A DNA stretch of 64,000 nucleotides from an uncultured Verrucomicrobiota bacterium (lineage in GTDB: Bacteria > Verrucomicrobiota > Verrucomicrobiia > Limisphaerales > UBA9464): assembly GCA_964525755.1 (NCBI GenBank), contig CAZGIK010000021.1, positions 10,088 through 74,087 on the forward strand. Reading direction: 5' to 3'. Position numbers and translations under genes: made by a program. Positions 1 to 11,331 of the stretch are shown in pieces (the first letter of the stretch is position 1; each line of letters begins with the position of its first letter). The notes beneath the pieces were generated by a model. That model was not told the DNA's origin. It searched no databases and saw only the letters and a list, made by a program, of their open reading frames with translations.

Positions 1-630
1 GTAGGCGAAGGTCTGCCGGGCCCCGATGTCGGCGACGTACAGCGTCTTTCCGTCGGGCGTGCCGATCAGTCCGTTGGGCTGGCGCAGGTCGGTGGCGACC
101 GCACGGAGTTCCTTCCGGTCGGCGCCGAGGAAGTACACGTGCTGGCCGTCCTGCTGGCTGGCCTTGTCGCGCTCCCAGTACGGGCGCGCGTAGAGCGGGT
201 CGGTGAAGTACAGCCCGCCGTCGGGCCGCACCCAGACGTCGTTGGGCCCGTTGAGCAGCTTCCCGTCCCGGTCCTTCACCAGCACGGTCACCGACTTGTC
301 GGGGGCGATCGACCACAGCTCGTTCCGGCCGTCGGCACAGGCGAGGAGGTTGCCCTGCCGGTCGAAGTACAGGCCGTTGGACCGGCCGGCGGGCTTCATC
401 CAGTCGGTGAACGCACCGCTGGCGGCGTCCCAGCGGACGATCCGGTCGTTGGGCTGGTCGGTGAAGTAGACGTTGCCCGCCGCATCGGCCGTCGGCCCCT
501 CGGTGAAGGCGTAGCCGTCCCCGGCCTTCTCCGGTTTCGCCCCGGGCGCGAGCAGGTCGGAGTCGGCGGCCGACGCCGTGGGGTTCAGTGCCAGGAGGAG
601 GAGCGCGGGGAGGATTCGAAGGGGATGCAT
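1..630 (-). CDS. SMP-30/gluconolactonase/LRE-like secreted protein (N-terminal part; C-terminus runs off the window start)
   Basis: My own minus-strand translation from ATG at 630-628 gives MHPLRILPALLLLALNPTASAADSDLL (signal peptide). It continues GDGYAFTEGPTADAAGNVYFTDQPNDRIVRW...RSNGLYFDRQGNLLACA...LNGPNDVWVRPDGGLYFTDP...PNGLIGTPDGKTLYVAD, which are repeated propeller-blade motifs of this family. It is absent from the ORF track because no stop lies in the window. Confidence 0.7.
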   Translation of the reverse strand, partial: MHPLRILPALLLLALNPTASAADSDLLAPGAKPEKAGDGYAFTEGPTADAAGNVYFTDQPNDRIVRWDAASGAFTDWMKPAGRSNGLYFDRQGNLLACADGRNELWSIAPDKSVTVLVKDRDGKLLNGPNDVWVRPDGGLYFTDPLYARPYWERDKASQQDGQHVYFLGADRKELRAVATDLRQPNGLIGTPDGKTLYVADIGARQTFAY

Positions 631-945
631 GGGGCCAGGGGGATGAACGGGAGGAGGATGGCGGGATGAAGCCTCCGGGGAAGCCCATTCTCGGGGCCCG
701 TGCTGGAGGCCCCTGGGCCGGAATCCCATCCCGCGGAGACGCGGAGGCGCGGAGGAACCCGGTCGGCCATGGGCTGCGGAACTCCGAGGTGCGGCCCGGC
801 GATCTGGCGGTCGCGCCTGCGGAGGCGAGGGGATCCATGATCCTCGTCCCTCCGTGCCCTTTTGGGTTCTCTGTGATCTTTGCGGTCAGTTCTCCGCCCG
901 CCTCCCTGTATCCCCTCTGCTTCTCCGTGCAGGTCGTCCACCGAA

Positions 946-2034
946 TCAGCATCCGTCCGATCCCAGTCGGACCGGGAGGCGTCGGGATCCCCACGTGCCG
1001 GGCTGCGGATCGAAGTGGCCGGCGATCGGCTGGCTGCATCGGGTGCACCGTCCGTCCGCGACCGCCCACCGGGTGATCTCGTAGCCGTCGCGTCCGATCA
1101 CGCACGCGCCGCATCCGGGACACCCGGTGCTCCCTCCCTCCGGGTCGCGCACATTCCCCGTGTACACGTACCGGAGGCCCCGTGCCCGGGCGATGGCCCG
1201 CGCCCGGGTGAGCGTCTCCGGCGGTGTGGGCGGATGATCGCGCATCTTGTAGTCCGGATGGAAGGCGGTGAAATGCCACGGGACATCGGGTCCGAGATGC
1301 CCGGCAAACCAGTCGGCACAGCGCGACAGCTCGTCGTCGCCGTCGTTCTCGCCCGGGATCAGGAGCGTGGTCACCTCGAGCCATACCGAGGTCTCGCGAT
1401 GGAGGTATTCCAGCGTGTCGAGCACCGGCTGGAGCTGACCGAAGCACAGGCGGTGATAGAAGTCCTCGCTGAATCCCTTGAGATCCACGTTGGCGGCATC
1501 CATGCCGGCGAAGAACTCGGCCCGTGCCTCCGGGGTGATGTAGCCGGCGGTGACCGCGACCGTCCGGACATCCCGTTCCCGGCAGGCGCGGGCGACGTCG
1601 AGTGCGTACTCGGCGAAGATCACCGGGTCGTTGTAGGTGAAGGCGACCGAGCGGCAGCCAAGGCGGTGGGCGGTGTCGGCGATGAGTGCCGGCCCGGCGG
1701 CGTCGGCGAGGCGGTCGAACTCGCGGGCCTTGCTGATGTCCCAGTTCTGGCAGAACCGGCAGCCGAGGTTGCATCCGGCGGTGCCGAACGAGAGGACGCT
1801 GGTGCCGGGATGGAAGTGGTTGAGCGGCTTCTTCTCGATGGGATCCACGCAGAACCCGCTGCTGCGGCCGTAGGTGGTGAGGACCAGGTGGTCGCCCTCG
1901 CGCTGGCGGACGAAGCAGAACCCGCGCTGCCCGTCCTGGAGCTTGCAGAACCGCGGACACAGCCGGCATTCGATCCGGCCGTCGGGCAGCACCTGCCACC
2001 AGCGGGCCGGGTGATGGGATGGGATGGCGGTCAT
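946..2034 (-). CDS. amrS: AmmeMemoRadiSam system radical SAM enzyme
   Basis: C-terminal 362 aa of track ORF 946..2415(-), starting MTAIPSHHPARWWQVLPDGRIECRLCPRFC. It has the CNLGCRFCQNW radical SAM CxxxCxxC motif plus N- and C-terminal Cys clusters (CPGCG...CTRC). It lies 14 nt downstream of the AMMECR1 fusion gene. The upstream 127 codons of the track ORF are Arg/Gly/Pro-rich junk, so I chose ATG 2034. Confidence 0.85.
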   Translation of the reverse strand: MTAIPSHHPARWWQVLPDGRIECRLCPRFCKLQDGQRGFCFVRQREGDHLVLTTYGRSSGFCVDPIEKKPLNHFHPGTSVLSFGTAGCNLGCRFCQNWDISKAREFDRLADAAGPALIADTAHRLGCRSVAFTYNDPVIFAEYALDVARACRERDVRTVAVTAGYITPEARAEFFAGMDAANVDLKGFSEDFYHRLCFGQLQPVLDTLEYLHRETSVWLEVTTLLIPGENDGDDELSRCADWFAGHLGPDVPWHFTAFHPDYKMRDHPPTPPETLTRARAIARARGLRYVYTGNVRDPEGGSTGCPGCGACVIGRDGYEITRWAVADGRCTRCSQPIAGHFDPQPGTWGSRRLPVRLGSDGC

Positions 2035-2048
2035 GGGCCGGGTCGGGA

Positions 2049-3434
2049 TCAGGCCTCCGCCGCGTGGTCGACGCGGAAGCGTTCCAGCACGACCGGTTCC
2101 TCCGGGTCGAGGCCGGCCTTGCGTCGGGCGATGGCGACCTGCTGTTCCGGAGTGTCGACCCCCTCGATGCCAGGGAGCAGCACCCCGCGGCGTCCGCCCC
2201 GGCCGTTGACGATCACGCCGAAGCGCGATGGGTCGAGGTCGGCCGTCGAGTCCACCGGTTCCGGGGGATGCAGCACGCTCACCTCGATCCGCAGGTCCGG
2301 CAGTTCGGAGGGGTGGACCGGATCGAAGCGCGGATCGTGCAGCGCGGCCTGCCGGGCCATCCGCCAGGTTTCGGCCACGACGTCCCGATCCTGCGGGGTG
2401 AGGGTTCCGATGCATCCGCGGAGCGAGCCGTCGGGACCCCGCAGGGTGACGAAGGCGGCGCGCGGCCCGGCGAGGGGACCCACGCCCGGGGGCGGGCCCC
2501 CCGGGAGGCCGTCGAGGGCGGCGGCGATCGACCGTCGGGCCACCGCGGGCAGGTCCTCCATCCGCTGCGGGGCGGGGGTTCCCGCCGGGCCGGGGTCGGG
2601 AGGTGATGCATCGCCGGCCACGCCGAGCACCGCCACCCCGTAGCCGACGCCGAAGGGACCCTCATAGCTCAGCACCTCGGGGGCGCTGGCATCGGGTGGC
2701 AGGGCGGCGGCGGCGATGGCGGTGCTGTCCACTACGTCCTCGCCGGCGAGTTCCTGGAGTGCCGGGTCGAGGTGGACGGCGCCGTCGATGTCCCCGGTGC
2801 GGAGGCGTTCGATGAACTCGCGGTCGAACCGGGCGGCGCGCGGGTCGTAGCCCCCGGGAGCGCCGGGTTGGAGCCGGTGGCTCATGTCGCCGCTGGCCAC
2901 CACCGCCACCCGGCGTCCGGCCCGGACCGCGGCCGTGGCGATCGCACGGCCGAGGGCGGAACGGCCCGGTGCGCCGGGGTCGGACAGGGCCATCACCACC
3001 GTGGGACCCTTCCAGCTGGCCTCCACCAGGAACCAGAGGGGCACCAGGGCCCCGTGGTCGAGTTCGCCGCCATGGAGTTCCCACATCGGGACCCCGGCCT
3101 CCGACGCCTCCGACCCGAGCGCCTCGACGAGGGGCTCGTCGACCGGCAGACGGACGCCGACACCGGGGGAACCGAACGCCGCGAAGCTCCCCTCCAGGGC
3201 CGGCGTCCGCCAGACGCCGTAGGCACCATGGCGCCGGGGGGAATGGGGGGAGAGGACCACGACCGCATCGGGTCGGGACGCCACCACGGTGCCGGCGGCG
3301 GCCCGCAGGGCGGCGACCGACGAGCGGGCCTCCCGGCCCCGTTCCCCTCCCACCGGCGGAACGAGGATGGGGGCATGAGGCATCAGCACCGCCACGGCCA
3401 CCCCGGCCGGGCGCGATTCGATCCGGGCCTTCAT
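2049..3434 (-). CDS. Fusion protein: class III extradiol dioxygenase/Memo-superfamily domain + AMMECR1 domain (AmmeMemoRadiSam B+A in one polypeptide)
   Basis: Track ORF 2049..3509(-), with the start moved to MKARIESRPAGVAVAVLMPHAPILVP. The N-half has LigB/Memo-type motifs (MPHAP, VVLSPHSP, LDHGALVPLWFL, ASGDMSHRL). The C-half has AMMECR1 hallmarks (AAFVTLRGPDGSLRGCIGTL, EVSVLHPPEPV, GVIVNGRGGRRGVLLP). Confidence 0.8.
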   Translation of the reverse strand: MKARIESRPAGVAVAVLMPHAPILVPPVGGERGREARSSVAALRAAAGTVVASRPDAVVVLSPHSPRRHGAYGVWRTPALEGSFAAFGSPGVGVRLPVDEPLVEALGSEASEAGVPMWELHGGELDHGALVPLWFLVEASWKGPTVVMALSDPGAPGRSALGRAIATAAVRAGRRVAVVASGDMSHRLQPGAPGGYDPRAARFDREFIERLRTGDIDGAVHLDPALQELAGEDVVDSTAIAAAALPPDASAPEVLSYEGPFGVGYGVAVLGVAGDASPPDPGPAGTPAPQRMEDLPAVARRSIAAALDGLPGGPPPGVGPLAGPRAAFVTLRGPDGSLRGCIGTLTPQDRDVVAETWRMARQAALHDPRFDPVHPSELPDLRIEVSVLHPPEPVDSTADLDPSRFGVIVNGRGGRRGVLLPGIEGVDTPEQQVAIARRKAGLDPEEPVVLERFRVDHAAEA

Positions 3435-3552
3435 CGTGCCGTCGACGGTCGCATCCGGCCCACGATCGCGCCGCACCAATCTTGGTCGGGATGGCCCGGA
3501 TGCTGTCATCCGACCGAACGCCGGTTTGCGCTCCGGGCCGTCCGTCGGGAGG

Positions 3553-4425
3553 ATGGGGCGCGTGACCTCGCCTGACCTTCAGCCCGGTGCCCCGGTTCCC
3601 GAGTCCATCCGGAACCGCAAGGGTGCACGCACCACCCGCGATGTCCCGGCCGAGGTGCGGGCCCTGCTGGATGCCGGCCGGTTGGAGACCGTCAACCTGT
3701 GCGAGTGGCTGGTGGTCGACCTGGGCGTCCTCTCCCGGCACGTGCTGGCCGGGCTGGGGGTGGGGGACCGCCATGCCGAACTGGCGCGTCGGCTCGTCGA
3801 CGCCCCCCCCACGGCGCCCAAGCGCCACGCGGTGGTCGGGGCGTTCCTCGCGTCCGAGCTGGCGGTGGGGCGGGGCTTCGACCGGGTGTTCCGGCACCTG
3901 GCCGGGCACCCGTCGGATGTCGTCCGGGCGTGGGCGGCGGAACTGGTCGGACGCCGTCCGGGCTGGGACGTGCGGCAGCGCCTGGCGGCGGTCCGTCGCC
4001 TGGCCGCCGACCGGAACATGAGCGTCCGCGAGATGGCGTGGCTGGCGGTGCGGGACGCGATCCACGACGAACTGGACACGGCCATCGGCGAGCTCGCGAC
4101 CTGGACCGGGGATCCCGATGCGAACGTGCGGCGGTTCGCCTCCGAGGCCACCCGACCCCGCGGTGTCTGGTGCCGGCACATCCCGGCCCTGAAGTCCGAT
4201 CCCGGCCGCGGGCTGCCCATCCTCGGGCCGCTCCGGGCGGATCCGGCCCGGTACGTGCAGGACTCGGTGGGCAACTGGCTGAACGATGCCAGCAAGTCCC
4301 GGCCCGATTGGGTCCGGGAGGTGGCCGCCGCGTGGGAGGCGGAATCGGCGTCCCCCGCCACCGCCCGGATCGTTCGCCGGGGGCTGCGGACCCTGCGTCG
4401 GGCCCCGGGCGAAATCCCCGTTTGA
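3553..4425 (+). CDS. DNA alkylation repair-like HEAT-repeat protein (AlkD/DNA_alkylation family-like)
   Basis: Track ORF 3436..4425(+), with the start moved to MGRVTSPD (ATG 3553). The motifs DRNMSVREMAWLAVRD and DPDANVRRFASEATRPRGVW resemble the HEAT-like repeats of this family. The start is uncertain. Confidence 0.6.
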   Translation: MGRVTSPDLQPGAPVPESIRNRKGARTTRDVPAEVRALLDAGRLETVNLCEWLVVDLGVLSRHVLAGLGVGDRHAELARRLVDAPPTAPKRHAVVGAFLASELAVGRGFDRVFRHLAGHPSDVVRAWAAELVGRRPGWDVRQRLAAVRRLAADRNMSVREMAWLAVRDAIHDELDTAIGELATWTGDPDANVRRFASEATRPRGVWCRHIPALKSDPGRGLPILGPLRADPARYVQDSVGNWLNDASKSRPDWVREVAAAWEAESASPATARIVRRGLRTLRRAPGEIPV

Positions 4426-4469
4426 GGCCCGGTGCGGTTGCTGGTTCACTGGCCGGGAGGCTTCCGCCC

Positions 4470-4915
4470 ATGCTCAAGCACCAGCTCATCCATCCCGAGA
4501 TCAACGCCATCCTCGGCCGCGCCGGGCACCATGCCCGGATCCTGATCGCCGATGGCAACTACCCCGCGTCGACCAAGAAGGGGCCCAACGCCCAGGTGGT
4601 CAGCCTGAACCTGTCCCCCGGCCTGGTGACCGTTGCCCAGGCACTGGCCGCGGTCCTGAGCGCCATCCCGGTGGACGTGGTGAACACCATGGGAATCCCG
4701 GCCGACGATCCCTACGCCGCCCAAGGTGAGCCCCCGGTCTGGGCCGAGTTCCGTCGGATCCTCCGTGAGGCCGGAGTCCGGGCCATCCCCGAGCCCATCT
4801 CGAAGTGGGAGTTCTACGAGGCGGTCCAGTCGCCGGACCATGTCCTGACCATCCAGACCGGCGACCAGGCCCTCTGGGCCAACGTGCTGCTGAGCGTCGG
4901 ATGCCGCACACAGTC

Positions 4916-4919
<4 letters not shown>
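4470..4919 (+). CDS. RbsD/FucU family sugar mutarotase/pyranase
   Basis: In-frame tail of track ORF 3699..4919(+), from MLKHQLIHPEINAILGRAGHHARILIADGNYP. The GH...DxxxP N-terminal signature and ~149 aa size are typical of RbsD/FucU. The upstream part of the track ORF is Gly/Arg/Pro junk. Confidence 0.75.
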
Positions 4920-6616
<1,697 letters not shown>

Positions 6617-7906
6617 TCAGAGCGACCAGCCGGACCGGTACCGCGCCTGGAGGAACTCGTCGGCGGCGGGGCAGTTCACGGCCCGGGCCGAGGCGGCGTC
6701 CCATTCCAGCTCCTGTCCCACCCGATGGGCCACGTTGCCGAGGAGGATGGTCTCGGTGAGCGGTCCGGAGTAGTCGATCGAGCAGGTGGTGGGTCCGCCG
6801 TTTTTGCACGCGGCGATCCACTCGCGGTGGTGGCCGATCGAGTCGGGGATCGACGGGGCGGGCCGCTGGAAGTCGGCGAAGTCCTTCTCGGGAAGCAGGA
6901 GATGCCGGCCGTAGTCGGCGAGGAGGAGGCCCTTGGTGCCGACGAACAGCGTTCCTCCGCCCCATTTCGGGATGAGGCCCTCGGCCATGTGCGGAGGGCG
7001 CCGGTCGCCGTGGTACCAGCGGAGCCGCACCGGCGGCTGACCCGGTCGCCCCGCGTACTCGTACTCCACCACCAGCCAGGTCGGCGGGCATTCGGGATCG
7101 GGTGCGGGTCCGTCGACGATCCGGACCCGGCGTGGGGACCGGAGGCCGAGGGCCCAGTGAGACAGGTCGACGTGGTGGCAGCCGAGGTCGGCGAGGGTTC
7201 CCCCGGCGAAGGTCCACCAGTTGCGCCAGTGGAAGGGGAGGTACTCGGGGTGGTAGGGACGGGGTTCGACCGGGCCGAGCCAGAGGTCGTAGTTCAGGCC
7301 GGCCGGGATGGGCGGGGTGTCGGTGGGGCGCCGCTTGCCGCCGAACCCGCCGCCCACCCAGACGTGGACCTCGGCAATCGGGCCCACGGCGCCGGACTGG
7401 ACCAGTTCCACCACGCGGCGGTAGTTGGTGCCGGCGTGGATCTGGGTGCCGATCTGGGTGACGCGGCCTTCCCGGCGTGCCAGTTCGGTGAGGGCGCGGG
7501 TCTCGCCCACGGTCCGGGCGAGGGGTTTCTCACAGTAGAGATGGCGGCCGGACCGGAGGACCGCGGCCCCGATCACCGCATGGGTGTGGTCGGGGGTGGC
7601 CACCACCACCGCGTCGATGTCCTGGCGCTCGAGCATCCGCCGGTAGTCCACGTACCGGGCCGCCTTGGGAAAGTCCCGACCGGCGGCGGCGAGGAGGTTC
7701 TCGTCGACGTCGCACAGGGCCACCACGTTCTCGTGGGCGACGTTGTCGAGGTTGTAGCGTCCCTGGTTGGCGACGCCGACCACGGCGACGTTCAGTTTCC
7801 CGTTGGCCGAGGCGGCCCGGGCGCGGGGATGGACCAGGGGGGCGATGGCGGCGACGGCGGCGGCCCGGCGGAGGAATCCGCGGCGGGAGACGGATGGGGA
7901 CTGCAT
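6617..7906 (-). CDS. Tat-signal Gfo/Idh/MocA family oxidoreductase
   Basis: Track ORF 6617..8035(-), with the start moved to MQSPSVSRRGFLRRAAAVAAIAPL (Tat motif). It has a Rossmann segment LNVAVVGVANQG and the family motif HLYCEKPLA. The stop codon abuts the stop of the convergent FAD oxidoreductase (tga|tca). Confidence 0.85.
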   Translation of the reverse strand: MQSPSVSRRGFLRRAAAVAAIAPLVHPRARAASANGKLNVAVVGVANQGRYNLDNVAHENVVALCDVDENLLAAAGRDFPKAARYVDYRRMLERQDIDAVVVATPDHTHAVIGAAVLRSGRHLYCEKPLARTVGETRALTELARREGRVTQIGTQIHAGTNYRRVVELVQSGAVGPIAEVHVWVGGGFGGKRRPTDTPPIPAGLNYDLWLGPVEPRPYHPEYLPFHWRNWWTFAGGTLADLGCHHVDLSHWALGLRSPRRVRIVDGPAPDPECPPTWLVVEYEYAGRPGQPPVRLRWYHGDRRPPHMAEGLIPKWGGGTLFVGTKGLLLADYGRHLLLPEKDFADFQRPAPSIPDSIGHHREWIAACKNGGPTTCSIDYSGPLTETILLGNVAHRVGQELEWDAASARAVNCPAADEFLQARYRSGWSL

Positions 7907-7955
7907 GGGCGTCGTTCTAGCGGCCCGGCCTCGCGGGGGCAATGCCCCGCCCGGG

Positions 7956-8369
7956 TCATTCCCGGGAACTTCCCGTCGCCGGACACGCCGTGCCCCCGGG
8001 GAGGAACGGGCGCCGGAAGGCCTCCTGGAAATCATATCCCCCGCGGAAATGCTCGGGCCGGTCGTCGTCGGTCTTCGAGAGGATGCCGGACCCGACCAGG
8101 TTGAACACGATGTCGCCGAAGTCCTCGCAGCGGTGGATGCCCCATTCGGAGAGGACGGCGAGGGCCATCGGGCCGAACTGCTGGAGGGCGAGGGACCGGA
8201 TTCCCTCGAGGAGCTGGTGTCCGGAGACGTGGCGGGGCATCCCGCCGGTCTCGCGGGCGAGGGTGGCTTGGGTGTGGTCCAGGGCCTCGCGCACGAAGTG
8301 GTAGGCGTCGCGATGGAACCGCGGATCGCGCTCCAGCAGGGGGCCGAGGGCCGTGTCGAACTCGTCCAT
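7956..8369 (-). CDS. Conserved hypothetical protein, probably Minf_1886-like (Verrucomicrobia/Planctomycetes-restricted family)
   Basis: Track ORF 137 aa: MDEFDTALGPLLERDPRFHRDAYHFVREALDHTQ...HVSGHQLLEGIRSLALQQFG...WGIHRCEDFGDIVFNLV. The family name is recalled from memory, not searched. Confidence 0.55.
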   Translation of the reverse strand: MDEFDTALGPLLERDPRFHRDAYHFVREALDHTQATLARETGGMPRHVSGHQLLEGIRSLALQQFGPMALAVLSEWGIHRCEDFGDIVFNLVGSGILSKTDDDRPEHFRGGYDFQEAFRRPFLPGGTACPATGSSRE

Positions 8370-8372
8370 GGG

Positions 8373-8516
8373 TCACTCCTCCGTCACCGGCGGTGGCGCG
8401 CCGGCATCCGTCGCCGGCGGAAGGGAACCGATCCACGCCCGGCCGGCGATGCCGCCGAGGAAGAGCAGCACGACCACGAGGATCGTCCACTGTTCCTGCC
8501 GGGTGAGCCGCCACAT
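8373..8516 (-). CDS. Possible 47-aa single-pass membrane protein
   Basis: My own translation: MWRLTRQEQWTILVVVLLFLGGIAGRAWIGSLPPATDAGAPPPVTEE. It has one hydrophobic helix and fills the gap between the leuS stop (8527) and the downstream gene start (8369). It is below the ORF-track size cutoff. No other support. Confidence 0.3.
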   Translation of the reverse strand: MWRLTRQEQWTILVVVLLFLGGIAGRAWIGSLPPATDAGAPPPVTEE

Positions 8517-8526
8517 GGCCGGGAGT

Positions 8527-11199
8527 CTAGCCGGCCGGCTCGGCCACGACAATGTTCACCAGGCGGCCGGGCACGACGATCACCTTGCGGACCTCCCGTC
8601 CCTCGATGAACGGGCGGACCTTGTCGCTGGCGCGCGCGGCGGCCTCGAGGGCGGCCGCGTCGGCATCCGCGGCGACGCGGACCTTGTCGCGCACGCGGCC
8701 GTTGACCTGCACCGGCACCTCGCGGGTGTCCTCCACCAGCAGGGCGGGGTCGAAGGCCGGCCAGGGGTGCCGGGTGAGCACCGGTACCGCGGATCCGAAC
8801 GCGCGATGCAGCAGCGCCCACAGTTCCTCGCCGAGGTGCGGCGCGAAGGGGGCGAGGAGTTGGACGAACGGGCGCAGGACGGCCACGGGGCGCACCTCCC
8901 AGGTCATCGCCTCGTTCACCAGGATCATCATCGCCGAGATCGCGGTGTTGAACCGGAGGGCGTCGAGGTCCTCGGTCACCTTGCGGATGCAGGTGTGCAG
9001 GGCGCGGAGCTGGGCGCCGGTGGGGGGCAGGTCCTGGATGGACGGATGGATCCGGAGCGACGCGAGGAGGGCCTCGCCGGCGGCCGGATCGGACGCGTCC
9101 TCCTGGCCGTAGTCGGCCTCCGACGGCTCGTCCACGCACAGGCGCCAGACCCGGCCGAGGAACCGGTACACCCCTTCCACCCCGCGGGTGTTCCACGGCT
9201 TGGTCTCCTGGAGGGGGCCCATGAACATCTCGTAGAGGCGGAAGGCATCGGCCCCGAACTCGGCGAGGATGTCGTCCGGGTTGACCACGTTGCCCCGGGA
9301 CTTGGACATCTTCTGGCCGTCCTCGCCGAGGATCAGGCCCTGGTTGACCAGCCGATGGAACGGCTCCGGGCCGGAGACATGGCCGAGGTCGAACAGGACC
9401 TTGTGCCAGAACCGGGCGTAGAGGAGGTGGAGCACGGCGTGTTCGGTGCCCCCCACGTAGAGGTCCACCCCGCGGGTCGCGCCGGGCCGGGCGCCCATCC
9501 AGTAGGCCTCGACGTCCGGGTCGACGAACACGCGGTCGTTGTCCGGGTCGAGATACCGCAGGTAGTACCAGCACGAGCCGGCCCACTGGGGCATGGTGTT
9601 GGTCTCGCGCTCCGCGCCGTCGGGCAGGCGCACCCAGTCGGCGGCCCGCGCCAGGGGCGGCTGCCCGTCGGGCGTGGGCTTGTAGTCCTCGAGCGCCGGC
9701 GGGAGGACCGGGAGGTCCGATGCGGACAGGGCCTCATGGTACGGCGTCCCGTCCGCGTCCCGTCGCCAGACGATGGGGAAGGGTTCGCCCCAGTACCGCT
9801 GCCGGCTGAACAGCCAGTCGCGGAGCTTGTAGTTGACCGTGCGGCGTCCGAGGCCGGCGGATTCCAGCCAATCGGTGATCCGTCGCTTGGCCTCGGCGGT
9901 GGGCAGGCCGTCGAGGGAGATCCGGTCCGAGGTGGAGTTCACCGCCGTGCCGTCGTCGCAGAAACCCCGCCAGTCCGTGTCGGGATCCGGCGGACGGACC
10001 ACCTGGACCACGGGGAGGCCGAAGGTCTCGGCGAACTCGAGGTCGCGTTCGTCGTGGGCCGGCACGGCCATGATCGCCCCGGTGCCGTAGCTGGCGAGGA
10101 CGTAGTCGGCGATCCACACCGGGATCCGGCCGCCTGTCACCGGGTTGACGGCGTGGGCGCCGGTCCAGACCCCGGTCTTGGTCCGGGAGAGTTCGGTCCG
10201 CTCGAGGTCCGACCGCGCGGCGGTCCGGGCCTGGTAGTCGCGGACCGCGTCCGACCGGTCCGCGGGGGTGATCCGGGCCACCAGCGGATGTTCCGGCGCG
10301 AGCACCATGTAGGTGGCCCCGAAGAGGGTGTCGGGTCGGGTGGTGAAGACGCGGATCGGGGTCTCGTGTCCCTCCACGGCGAACGCCACCTCCGCCCCCT
10401 CGCTGCGGCCGATCCAGTGGCGCTGCATCTCCTTGAGCGAGTCGGACCAGTCGATGGTGTCCAGATCCTCCAGGAGACGCTCGGCGTAGGCGGTGATGCG
10501 GAGCATCCACTGGCGCATGGGGCGGCGGACGACGGGGAAACCGCCGACCTCGCTGCGTCCGTCGACCACCTCCTCGTTGGCGAGGACCGTGCCCAGCTCG
10601 GGGCACCAGTTGACCGGGGCCTCGGAGACGTAGGCGAGCCGGTGGGCGTCGCGATGCGCCCGGCGCCGGGCCTCGGTGTCGCAGTCGGCCGGGATCGGCA
10701 GGGTGTCGATCGGCTCGGCCCGGCGGGTCGCGGGGTTGAACCAGGCGTTGTAGAGCTGGAGGAAGATCCACTGGGTCCACCGGAAGTACCGGGGATCGGT
10801 GGTGTCCACCTCCCGCGACCAGTCGTAGCTGAACCCGAGCGAGCGGACCTGGCGACGGAAGTTGCGGATGTTCGCCTCGGTGGTGGTGCGGGGATGCTGG
10901 CCGGTGCGGATGGCGTACTGCTCGGCCGGCAGGCCGAAGGCGTCCCATCCGATCGGGTGGAGCACGTTGAACCCGAGGGTGCGCCGGTAGCGGGCGAGGA
11001 TGTCGGTGGCGGTGTAGCCCTCGGGGTGGCCGACATGGAGGCCGGCGCCGGAGGGGTAGGGGAACATGTCGAGGATGTAGCACTTCGGGCCCGGGTCGAT
11101 CCCGGGGGCGGGATTGACCGCCCGGAACACGCCCGATGTCTCCCACCACGCCTGCCAGCGCGCCTCGATGGCGGGAAACGGATACTGCCGTCGGCTCAT
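8527..11199 (-). CDS. leuS: Leucine--tRNA ligase
   Basis: C-terminal 890 aa of track ORF 8527..12765(-), starting [20 protein letters not shown]. It has the HIGH-type motif [13 protein letters not shown] and the KMSKS motif. The editing-domain and anticodon-binding regions are collinear with bacterial LeuS. The N-terminal 522 aa of the track ORF are antisense to miaB. Confidence 0.97.
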   Translation of the reverse strand: MSRRQYPFPAIEARWQAWWETSGVFRAVNPAPGIDPGPKCYILDMFPYPSGAGLHVGHPEGYTATDILARYRRTLGFNVLHPIGWDAFGLPAEQYAIRTGQHPRTTTEANIRNFRRQVRSLGFSYDWSREVDTTDPRYFRWTQWIFLQLYNAWFNPATRRAEPIDTLPIPADCDTEARRRAHRDAHRLAYVSEAPVNWCPELGTVLANEEVVDGRSEVGGFPVVRRPMRQWMLRITAYAERLLEDLDTIDWSDSLKEMQRHWIGRSEGAEVAFAVEGHETPIRVFTTRPDTLFGATYMVLAPEHPLVARITPADRSDAVRDYQARTAARSDLERTELSRTKTGVWTGAHAVNPVTGGRIPVWIADYVLASYGTGAIMAVPAHDERDLEFAETFGLPVVQVVRPPDPDTDWRGFCDDGTAVNSTSDRISLDGLPTAEAKRRITDWLESAGLGRRTVNYKLRDWLFSRQRYWGEPFPIVWRRDADGTPYHEALSASDLPVLPPALEDYKPTPDGQPPLARAADWVRLPDGAERETNTMPQWAGSCWYYLRYLDPDNDRVFVDPDVEAYWMGARPGATRGVDLYVGGTEHAVLHLLYARFWHKVLFDLGHVSGPEPFHRLVNQGLILGEDGQKMSKSRGNVVNPDDILAEFGADAFRLYEMFMGPLQETKPWNTRGVEGVYRFLGRVWRLCVDEPSEADYGQEDASDPAAGEALLASLRIHPSIQDLPPTGAQLRALHTCIRKVTEDLDALRFNTAISAMMILVNEAMTWEVRPVAVLRPFVQLLAPFAPHLGEELWALLHRAFGSAVPVLTRHPWPAFDPALLVEDTREVPVQVNGRVRDKVRVAADADAAALEAAARASDKVRPFIEGREVRKVIVVPGRLVNIVVAEPAG

Positions 11200-11220
11200 A
11201 AGGCCGGGGAATCTGCCGGA

Positions 11221-11273
11221 CCGGGGCGTCGGGGGGCAAGGGACAGCTGCGGGATGCCCGGGGCGTCGGGGGG
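11221..11273 (+). repeat. Perfect 16-nt G-rich direct repeat CCGGGGCGTCGGGGGG x2 in the leuS/miaB divergent intergenic region
   Basis: The copies lie at 11221-11236 and 11258-11273 (37-nt period). The stretch contains six or more G-tracts of 3-6 nt on the plus strand. Confidence 0.8.
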
Positions 11274-11331
11274 TGCATTCCCGCTTTTCAAGCCCGGGGG
11301 TGTTCCCTAGCTTGCCGCCTCTTTTCGCCGC

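Noticed and set aside
631-945. 315-nt gap between the gluconolactonase-like gene and amrS, containing track ORFs 585..941(-) and 588..1076(+).
   Set aside because: The translations are Arg/Pro/Gly-rich with no motifs or signal features. Only a short GC hairpin (GGGGCC-N9-GGCCCC near 693-713) was seen. I treat the gap as intergenic.
8353-11310. 985-aa plus-strand ORF covering the whole leuS region. Similar very long ORFs occur elsewhere: 880..2643, 2662..4449, 15054..16604, 38153-region antisense 37955..40480, 47590..50322, 58827..61178 and 61458..63758.
   Set aside because: They are antisense or out of frame to genes with unmistakable conserved motifs. Their translations are Gly/Arg/Pro/Ala-dominated with no motifs. 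This is typical of stop-codon-poor alternative frames in very GC-rich DNA.
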